Position numbers and translations under genes: made by a program
DNA from: Prorocentrum cordatum
Taxonomy: Eukaryota
Reading direction: 5' to 3'
NCBI GenBank assembly: GCA_963575745.1
Contig: CAUYUJ010000007.1
Span: 1-64,000, forward strand
Length of the DNA stretch: 64,000 nt
Notes under the pieces: model-generated
What the model saw: only the letters and a program-made list of their open reading frames with translations
Told to the model about the DNA's origin: nothing
Database searches by the model: none
Part shown: piece after piece, positions 7,974-17,348 of the stretch
How the letters are laid out: each line of letters opens with the position of its first letter
How positions within the stretch are numbered: the first letter of the stretch is position 1

Positions 7974-10900
7974 AAAAAAGCTGATTTTCCCTGGGTGTTT
8001 GAACGATTTTGACATTTGCTTCGTTTCGGCCTTCCGGCGGCCCGATACGGCCCAAGAGCCCCCAAAGATCGCCCAAAGATCGCCCACGGGGCCCCAGAAC
8101 GGCCCAAGAGGCCCCAAAGACGACCCCGAGAGGCCCCCAAGACGGCCCAGGAAGCTTTTACGACGCCCAAGATGGCCTCCAAGACGGCCCTGGAGCATTC
8201 CAAGAGGGCCCCAAGTCGGCTCAGAGAGGCCCCCCAAACGGCTTCCGACGGCGTCGGACGGACCAGGGGCCCACCAAGACGGCCGAAGATGGCACTAAGA
8301 TGGCCCAAGACGGCCCAAGAGGCCTCCAAGAGGGCCTCCAGGAAGGCCCGAAAATGCCAAAATCATCGATGTCCCATGAGTTTTTGAAGGATTGTGGCAT
8401 TTGCGTTTTTTCGGCCTTCCGACGGCCCGAGACGGCCCAAGTGCCCCCGAAGATCGCCCAAGAGGCCCAAGACGGCCCCAAGAGGCCCCTAAGACGGCCC
8501 AAGAGGCCTCCAAGACGCTCAAGATGGCCTCCAAGACGTCCTCCAAGACGGCCTCCAAGGCCCGAAAGGGTCAAAATAGCCTCCAGGCGGCCAAGATGAC
8601 CTTCAAGATGCCCACGTGTTCCCCGAAGGCTTTCCAAACCGATTCGGGGAACACATGGTCCGATAGCTTGGCAGGTCTGGCCTCAACGTTCGACCACATA
8701 GGCGCTTCCAAAAAGGTGATTCGCCGTTGGCGTCTTCGATCCGCCGCCCCCTGTTGATTTATCACAGGGGTACCTGGCGTGCCAGATCTTTCGATTTTGG
8801 TTTTGTTTTTCTGTTCCAAAAAGAACTCCTCCTGGGGCTTCAGCCCGTCCCGCCGGCCACCCGAAGGGCGCATAATTCTCCCGAAAACTCTCCCAAGACG
8901 GCTCAAGATGGCTTTCAAAACCGCCCTGATGGCCCAAGATGGCCTCCAAGATGCCTCCAAGACGGCCAAGATGTCTTCCAAGACGGCCACGATGGCTCTA
9001 ACATGCATCCAAGACGGCCCAAGAGGCCTCCAAGACGGCTTCCAGGAGAGACAGAAGAGGCCGAAAACATTGGTTCTCCCCAGATTTGTTGATAGATTTG
9101 GGGATGTGTTTCTTTTGGGCCTTCCGACAGCCCAAGACGGCCCAAGAGGTTCCAAAGATCGCCCCAAGATCGCCCACTGGCCACCCGAAAGGAACCTCAA
9201 CGACCGCAAAAGATCCTCTAAGACGGCTCCAGAGGGCCTCCAAGATGGCCACGTTGGCCCAAGATGGCCTCCAAGATGGCCAAGATGGCCTCCAAGTCCG
9301 CCAAAGATGGTCCAAGATGGCATCCAAGGCGGCCCGAGAGAGTCCACGATGCCTTCAAGTTCGTCCAAGATGGCTCCAAGATGGCATCCTAAGGCTGCCC
9401 AAAAAGCCCCCAAGAGGCCTCCAAGACGTCCTCCAGGAAGGCCCGAAAGGACAAAAATCATTGATTCTCCCATAGAAATGTCATTAATTTTGGCATGTTC
9501 TTCTTATCAGCTCTCCGACGGCCCAGGACGGCCCAAGAGGTCCCAACATCGTCCCAAGAGCGCCCAAGAGGCCTCCAAGATGGCCCCATGACAGCCCAAG
9601 AGGCCCCCCAGAGGCTCCCGAGAAGGCCCCAAGACGGCCCAAGATGGCCCCGAAGACGCCCAAGATGGCCTCCAAGACGGCCAAGATGGCCTCCAAGATG
9701 CCTCCAAGACGACCAAGAAGGCCTCCAAAACAGCGAAGATGGCCCCAAGATGCACCCAAGACGGCCCCAGATGGCCTCAAGATGGCCTTAGACTGCCCAG
9801 AAGGCCCGCGAGAGGCCTGCAAGATGGCCCAAGAGGCCTCCAAGACGTCCTCCCGGAAGGCCGGAAAGGGTCAAAATGGCCTACAGACGGTCAAAATGGC
9901 CTACAGACGACCAAGATGACCTTCAAGATGCCTCCGAGTGTTCCCTGAAAGCTTTCCAAACCGATTCGGAGAACACTCGTTCCGAAAGATTGGCAAGGAT
10001 CTGACCCAACCTTCGGCCAGCAGGCCCCAAGACGCCTCCAAAAACTCACAAGAGCCCCCAAGGGGCCCCGAACACGCCCATTCCTCACTCTCCTCCTCTT
10101 CCCCGTCCTCCTCCACGTATTCCCCGACGGCTTTCCAAACCGATTCGGGGAACACATGGTCCCATAGCTTGACAGGGCTCTGGCCTCAACGTTCGGTCAC
10201 ATAGGCGCTTCCGAAAGGGCAGAGGGCGGCGGTGACTCGCCGTGGGCGTCTTCGATCCGCCGCCCCCTGCGCTTGTCACAGGGGTGTCTGGCGTGCTGGA
10301 CGCTACCGTTATTGTTTTTGGTTCTTTTTTCCAAAAGAACTCCCCCTGGGGCTCTGGCCCGGCCCGCCGGCCACCCGAAAAGGAGCACCAGTCCCGGAAA
10401 CAATCTCAACGTCCAAAAAAAATCTTTTCGGGTCAATGCCTTTCCCGCTCCAAGATGGCCCTAGACGGCCTCCAAGACGGCTCAAATGGCCCGTGATGGC
10501 CTCCAAGTTCGCGCACTATGGTCCAAAATGGCCTCCACGACGGCCCAGGAGGGTCCAAGATGCCTCCAAGTCGGCCCAAGAAGCCTCCAAGACGGCCCAA
10601 GAGGCCTCCCTGAGGTCCTCCAGGAAGGCCCGAAGAGGCCAAAAGCATTGTTTTTTTCAGTTGGTTTTTGATAGATTTGGGTATTTGCTTCTTGTCGGCC
10701 TTCCGACGGCCCGAGACGGCCCACGAGCCCCCAAAGGTCGCCCCAAGATCGCCCACGAGGCCTCCAAGGGGGCCCCAGAACGGCACAAGAGTCCCCCAAG
10801 ACGGTCCCAACATGGCCCCAAGACGGCCCGAGAGGTCTCCAAGACGCCCAAGATGGCCTCCAAGACGGCCCTGAAGCACCCCAAGAGGCCCCTGGCGCCC

Positions 10901-11867
10901 AAGTCGGCCCAGAGAGGCCCTCAAGACGGCTTCCGAGGGCGTCAGACGGGCCAGGAGGCCACCAAGACGGCCCAAGATGCCTCCAAGATGGCCCAAGACG
11001 GCCCAAGAGGCCCCCAAGAGGTCTCCAAGACGGCCCCAGAGGCCCCCAAGAGGGCCTCCAGGAAGGCCCCAAGAAGCCAAAATCACTGATTTCCCTTGAA
11101 GTGTTTGATGTATTTGGGCATGTGCTTCTTCTCGATCTTCCGACGGCCCGAGACGGCCCAAGAGCCCCCGAAGATCGCCCCATCGCCCAAGATGCCTCCA
11201 AGATGGTCCCAGAACGGCCCAAGAGGGCCCCAAGACGGCACCAAGAGGACCCCAAGACGGCCCAAGAGGCATCCAAAACGCCCAAGATGGCCTCCAAGAC
11301 GGCCATGGAGCACGCCAAGAGGGCCCCAAGTCGGCCAAGAGAGGCCCACAAGACGGCTTCCGACGGCGTCAGACGGGTCAGGAGGCCATCAAGACGGTCT
11401 CCAAGACGGCCCAAGAGGCCCCCAAGAGGGCCGCCAGGAAGGCCCGAAGAGGCCAAAAGCATTGATTATCCGTACGTGTATGACTGATTTGGGCATTTGC
11501 TTCTGTTCGGCCTTCTCACGGCCCGAGACGGCCCAAGAGCCCCGAAGATCGCCCCAAGATCGCCCAAGAGGCCTCCAAGATGGTCCGAGAAAGGCCCAAG
11601 AGGCCCCCAAGTCGGCACCAAAATGCCCAAGATGGCCTCCAAGACGGCCCTGGAGCACCCCAAGAGGGCCCCAAATCGGCCCAGAGAGGCCCCCAAGACG
11701 GCTTCCGACGGCCTTAGACGGACCAGGAATGCCCTCAGACAGCCAAAGAGGCCCCCGGGAAGCCCCCCGAAGGCCGCCAAAGGAGGCCCCCAAGATACTT
11801 CCAAAAGGCTCCCAGGAAACTCCAATAAGGCCCCAAGAGTGCCCCCAGAGGCTCCCAAGATACCCCC

Positions 11868-12280
11868 TCGTCCTCCTCCTCCTCCTCCTCCTCCTCCTCC
11901 TCCTCCTCCTCCTCCTCCTCCTCCTCCTCTCCTGCTCCTCCTCCCCCTCCTCCTCCTCCTCCTCCTTCTCCTCCCCCTCCTCCTCCTGATCCTCCTCCTC
12001 CTCCTCCTCCTTCTCCTCCTCCTCCCTCCTCCTCCTCCTGATCCTCCTCCTCCTCCTCCTCCTCCTCCTCCTCCTTCTCCTTCCCCTCCTCTTCCTGATC
12101 CTCCCTCCTCCTCCTCCTCTCTCCTCCTCCTCCTCCTCCTCCTCCTCCTCCTCCTATCCTCCTCCTCCTCCTCCTCCTCCTCCTCCTCCTCCTCCTCCTC
12201 CTCCCCCTCCTCCTCCTCCTCCTCCTCCTCCTCGTCCTCCCTCCCCCACTTCCTCCTCCTCCAACTTCCCCTCCTCCTGA
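11868..12280. repeat. (CCT)n microsatellite
   Basis: Direct observation. Confidence 0.95.
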
Positions 12281-13240
12281 TGTTCCCCGCCATCCTCCCC
12301 CAAACGTTCCCTCAAGGGTTTCCACAACGGTTGGGGGAACACATGGCCCGATAGCTTGGCAGAGCTCTTGCCACAACGCTCGGCCACATGGGCGATTCCA
12401 GAAGGCGGGAGGCGGCGGTGATTCGCCGTAGGCGTCTTCGATCCGCCGCCCCCTGCGGTCTTGCCACAAGGGTACCTGGCGTGCTGGATGCTTGGAGGTT
12501 TTTGGTTCTTTTAGAACTCCCCCTGGGGCTTCCGCAGATGCCGCCGGCCACCCGAAGGCTACGTTCGAGGTGGCTGCAAAGGTTTGTCCTTCTCCAAATG
12601 GCTCCAAGATGGCCCTCAAGTTGGCCCAAGATGGTCCAAGATGGCCTCCAAGACGGCCCAAGAAAATCCAAGACTGCTCCAAGTTCGCCCAAGAAGCCTT
12701 GCAGACGGCCCAGGGCCCAAGACGGCCCAGGAGACCCCCAAGAGGCTTTGAAAACGGCTTGAAAAGGCATCCAAGAGGTCCGCAGAAGGGCCCAAAGAGG
12801 CAAACATCATTGACGTTCGTATGTGTTTGAGGGATGTTTGTTTTCTTATGAGGCCGCTCCCTGTTCTCATCTTCTTCTCAAAAGTCAGCCGTGTGTACAC
12901 ACAGGCAGTCCTGGCCTTCCTGTCTTTATTCTCTCGCTGCGCCGTACTTCGAAGAGAGAATGCACATGAACGCAACCCTGCGGAAGCCCGAAGCCTGGAG
13001 AACGTCGGTAAACTATGCACATGCGCTCGCTTGATTGAAGCTAGAAACTAAAACTGCTGAGGCTGGGCCTGAAAAGTATCATGCACCGTAAATGGTCGGC
13101 TTGCGAAGCAGTGGCTCCAGCGTGATAGTCATCCTCACAGGTCGAATAGAATAGGCGAAGTAAGGCAGGGGTACTACTAGCAGTATATGTGAGGAGCATC
13201 CCGAAATTAGCGAGGGCAAACGGAGGAGGGAACCTATACA

Positions 13241-14350
13241 TCATTCCCGAAACGGTGAGCATGCGCGTCTGAACAACATGCACAGACTGAAAAGCATGCC
13301 TGCAAGGCATTCCAAACAAGTTAGTGACTGGTATGCTGACAAGCTCACTCGTACACTGGGAACATTAGCCAACCTTTCAGTGGGATGCAAACTCCTGACA
13401 ATAGGATGTCCGCTGCTGGCACGACAAAGCTGCACAAGTGGAACTCGACTCACGCTTATCGTGTGAATGGTCAGTGTAGCAAGGCTGTAACCAACACCAA
13501 GCGACAACAAGACCTTGCGTATCTCTCTAACGAGCTGCTGCCCAGCTTCACTCTCGAAGTACGGAGCAATCAGCTCAATACAACACATGTAGATCACGAT
13601 GAGCAAGTAGGCCGCAAGAACCTGCACGACAATATTGCAGTCGCAAATTGAGGTGTTTGTATATGTTCGTGGTGGTTCAAGGGGAACTATAGCACACCGA
13701 GTCCATTCGACCTTATGTATTTCCCATATGTCCATGGCGACAATGTTATGCTTAGTGAGGATCCGATATATACTGTAGCCTAGCGATCCAGGAGCACACT
13801 TAGTAGTGCACGATGAATACAAATCGCGCATAGCTTCAGCAAGCATGGCAATTCCTAAAAACACCAGCACTGGCTCAGGCAAATGCACTTCCATAAACTT
13901 CGAAAACCAACAACCACTGAGCAATGACAGAAATGCGAGTGCTCTTGCAGAGTAGCGAATCACGGAATGGCCTTGATTCTGGCATCCCATCTGTTCGCAT
14001 TTGTACAGGAAAGCTACTCCGCACAACTCGCAACTGAAAGCTCGATCTGCATTCTTGATGCGCCAGGTCTCCAAGCAATTGCAGCAAATATACCGAATGG
14101 ATCCAGAGCACCAGCACGGACTCAAAAGAGCCTCCCCGTTCTGCAGGTGACAGACTCGGCATATCGCACCACCTTCTGCTGAGGCACCCCAATCTGCAAT
14201 TGGAACCAAAAATGCTTCTGGCAAAGGTCTCAAGAAAATTGTGCCGCGCGATCCAAGAAGCGATTGTGCAGCATCATGCATGGATGGGCAGTGGAAATGG
14301 TACGTGCTGTTGTTGGGCTCGGTGCCTATGTCTGCATTCTCTTGGGCCAT
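13241..14350 (-). CDS. RING-CH (RINGv/MARCH-like) membrane E3 ubiquitin ligase-like protein, 369 aa, retrogene
   Basis: CRVC-x11-CWC-SGSIRYI-C-x2-C-LETW...CELC followed by several hydrophobic segments. ATG lies 5 nt after the SL. Frame is intact. Confidence 0.8.
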   Translation of the reverse strand: MAQENADIGTEPNNSTYHFHCPSMHDAAQSLLGSRGTIFLRPLPEAFLVPIADWGASAEGGAICRVCHLQNGEALLSPCWCSGSIRYICCNCLETWRIKNADRAFSCELCGVAFLYKCEQMGCQNQGHSVIRYSARALAFLSLLSGCWFSKFMEVHLPEPVLVFLGIAMLAEAMRDLYSSCTTKCAPGSLGYSIYRILTKHNIVAMDIWEIHKVEWTRCAIVPLEPPRTYTNTSICDCNIVVQVLAAYLLIVIYMCCIELIAPYFESEAGQQLVREIRKVLLSLGVGYSLATLTIHTISVSRVPLVQLCRASSGHPIVRSLHPTERLANVPSVRVSLSAYQSLTCLECLAGMLFSLCMLFRRACSPFRE

Positions 14351-14355
14351 GATGA

Positions 14356-14376
14356 TTTGAGCCAAAATGGCGACGG
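14356..14376 (-). other. Dinoflagellate spliced leader copy
   Basis: CCGTCGCCATTTTGGCTCAAA, 19/21 identical to CCGTAGCCATTTTGGCTCAAG. Confidence 0.92.
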
Positions 14377-14874
14377 CGTATGTGTTTGAAGGATTTGGGC
14401 ATTTGCTTCTTTTCGGCCTTCCGACGGCCCAAGACGACCCAAGAGGCCCTCAGGATCGCCACCAGAGCGCCCGAGAGGCCTCCAAGATGGCCCCATAACG
14501 GCCCAAATGGGTTACAAGACGGCACCAAGAGGGCTCCAAGACGACCCAAGAAGCATGTTAAGATGCCCAAGATGGCCTCCAAGACGGCCCTGGCGCGCCC
14601 TGAGAAGGCCCAAAGACGGCCCAAAGAAGCCCCCAAGACGTGCCAGGAACGCCCTACGACGGTCACAGAGGCCCCGGAAAAGCTTCCAAATGCCCCCCTA
14701 AGCCCCGAGGAGACCTCCAAGAGGCCTCCAAGGGGCGCCCAGGAAACTCCCTGGAAAACCCCGAGAGTGCCCAAATAGGCTCCCGGCCTCCTCCTCCTCC
14801 TCCTCCTCCTCCTCCTCCTCCTCCATGTTCCTCCCTTTCCTCACCGTCTTCTTCTTCTTCCTCTTCTTCTTCTT

Positions 14875-15330
14875 ATTAATATGACTATTATTATTACTGT
14901 GTTATTATTATTGTTATTATTAATAAGAGTATGATTCATATTGGTGGTGTTTCGTATTTGTCTGATTAGTCTTATTATTCTTATTATTAGCATCATCATT
15001 ATTATTATTCTACCATTAATATTAATACCCGTAATACTAGTATGATTATTATGATTGCTATTACTACTACTACAACTACTAATACTGGTATAACGATCAT
15101 TCGTATGTTATTAGTATGCTTGTTAGTAGTGATATTATCAATAGTATTATTACGCTTATTATTATTATTAATAATAATAATAGTAATAATAATAATAATA
15201 GTAAAAATAATAATAACAATAATAATAATAATAATAATAATAATATGAATAGTATGACTACTATCATTACTCTTTTTCGTCATCTTGTTATTCTTCTTAG
15301 TAGTATCATTGATATTAGTATTATTAGTTT
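14875..15330. repeat. Degenerate (TTA)n/(TAA)n AT-rich microsatellite
   Basis: Direct observation. Confidence 0.9.
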
Positions 15331-15890
15331 ACTTCGTCTTCGTCGTTCTCCCCCGCAGATTCCCCGAGGGGGGTTCCACAACGACTGGGGGAACAGATAG
15401 TCCGAAAGATTGGCAGAGCCATGGACGCAACTTTCGGCCACGTAGGCGCTTCCTAAAAGGCAGGGGGTGGCGGTAATTCGCCGTAGGCGTCGTCGATCCG
15501 CCGCCCCCTGTTGGTTTGCCACAGGGGTGCCCGGCGTGCTAAATCATATCGCTCTTGGTTTTGGCTCTTTTTTCAAAATAATTCCTACTGGGGCTTCGGC
15601 CCGTCCCGCCGGCCACCCAGGAGGCCGCACAAGGGAGCATAATCTTCTAAAAAACTCTCCCTAGGCGGCTCGCGATGGCGTTGAAGATCGCCAGGTTGGC
15701 CCAAGACGAGCTCCAAGATGCTTCCAAGACAGCCAAGATGGCCTCCAAGACGGCTAAAATGGTCCCAAGATGCCCCCAAATCCGCCAAAAAAGCTTCCAA
15801 AACGGTCCAAGAGGGCCCAAGAGGCCTCCAAGAGGCCTCCAAGACGGCCCAAGAGGCCTCCAAGAAAACCTCCAGAAGGCCCGAAAAAAA

Positions 15891-17348
15891 TTATCCTGGC
15901 GAAAGACCCAACCATAAGCAATTGTTGGTAACGCGTTGTGGGTGCCGCTTTCGGTGGGGCTCCATATGGGGCCACGAAGCGCTGCCTTGGATGGGGGAAC
16001 CGCATGCGGACTGCGCCACCGGGGCGGGCCTTCGGTGGAGCTCCCTATGGGGCTACGAAACGCTGCCCTGGGTGGGGGAACCGCATGCGAACTGCGCCAC
16101 TGGGGCCTTCGGTGGAGCTCCCTATGGTGCCACGAAACGCTGCCCTGGGTGGGGGAAGCGCATGCGAACTGCGCCACGGGGGCTTTCGGTGGAGCTCCCC
16201 ATGGGGCCACGAAGCGCTGCCCTGGGTGGGGGAACCGCATGCGAAGCAGCCACTGGGGCCTCGGTGGAGCTCCCTATGGGGCCACGAAACGCTGCCCTGG
16301 GTGGGGGAACCGCATGCGAACACCCCCACTGGGGCCTTCGGTGGAGCTCCCTATGGGGCCACGAAGCGCTGCCCTGGGTGGGGAACCGCATGCGAACACC
16401 CCCACTGGGGCCTTCGGTGGAGCTCCCTATGGGGCTACGAAACGCTGCCCTGGGTGGGGGAACCGCATGCGAACACCCCCACTGGGGCCTTCGGTGGAGC
16501 TGTGGAGCTCCCTATGGGGCCACGAAACGCTGCCCTGGGTGGGGGAACCGCATGCGAACACCCCCACTGGGGCCTTCGGTGGAGCTCCCTATGGGGCTAC
16601 GAAACGCTGCCCTGGGTGGGGGAACCGCATGCGAACACCCCCACTGGGGCCTTCGGTGGAGCTCCCTATGGGGCCACGAAACGCTGCCCTGGGTGGGGGA
16701 ACCGCATGCGAACACCCCCACTGGGGCCTTCGGTGGAGCTCCCTATGGGGCTACGAAACGCTGCCCTGGGTGGGGGAACCGCATGCGAACACCCCCACTG
16801 GGGCCTTCGGTGGAGCTCCCTATGGGGCTACGAAACGCTGCCCTGGGTGGGGGAACCGCATGCGAACACCCCCACTGGGGCCTTCGGTGGAGCTCCCTAT
16901 GGGGCCACGAAACGCTGCCCTGGGTGGGGGAACCGCATGCGAACACCCCCACTGGGGCCTTCGGTGGAGCTCCCTATGGGGCCACGAAACGCTGCCCTGG
17001 GTGGGGGAACCGCATGCGAACACCCCCACTGGGGCCTTCGGTGGAGCTCCCTATGGGGCCACGAAACGCTGCCCTGGGTGGGGGAACCGCATGCGAACAC
17101 CCCCACTGGGGCCTTCGGTGGAGCTCCCTATGGGGCCACGAAACGCTGCCCTGGGTGGGGGAACCGCATGCGAACACCCCCACTGGGGCCTTCGGTGGAG
17201 CTCCCTATGGGGCTACGAAACGCGTGAGAGGTGTGCCGAGAGCAGAGGCAAGGAGGGGGAGGAGGGGGAAGAGGAGGAGGAGGAGAGGAGAGGACGCGGG
17301 CACCGTCTCTTCAAAACGAGGACCCAACACCACAGGATGGTTGGGAAC
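15891..17348 (-). mobile_element. DINE/HINE-like non-autonomous element with a central 77-bp tandem array (~16 units)
   Basis: Inverted cccaaccat (15907-15915) / atggttggg (17337-17345), partial third copy cccaacacca, a gga tract, 77-bp periodicity, A-run flanks. Confidence 0.75.

Larger units (their letters stand above)
2195..7979 (-). mobile_element. 5' part of the YR retrotransposon: A1, minisatellite leader, gag-like ORF1, RT/RNase H ORF2, truncated ORF3
   Basis: DIRS-group RT and RNase H motifs. A1 matches A2. Begins at a T-run (ttttttgtcgcccc) and ends abruptly in unrelated repeat at ~2195. Confidence 0.88.
12836..14376 (-). other. Retroposed SL-trans-spliced mRNA with target-site duplication
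   Basis: DinoSL at the 5' end, intronless ORF, lower GC than flanks, short A-rich 3' end (aagaaaacaaac). TSD cgtatgtgtttga(g/a)ggat at 12818-12835 and 14377-14394. Confidence 0.9.

Noticed and set aside
6430..8076. N-terminal extension of the 970-aa ORF 5164-8076
   Set aside because: It runs through host repeat, A1 and the minisatellite. The first ATG and the SL-like motif place the real start at 6429.
12345..12450. tRNA/SINE-like boxes (tagcttggcag ... ttcgatcc) in unit tails
   Set aside because: No cloverleaf, and ttcgat|cc spans the junction between two units.
15950..17225. CRISPR-like periodicity, also at 28025-28280, 40250-40440 and 44318-45430
   Set aside because: No unique spacers, no cas genes, eukaryotic context.
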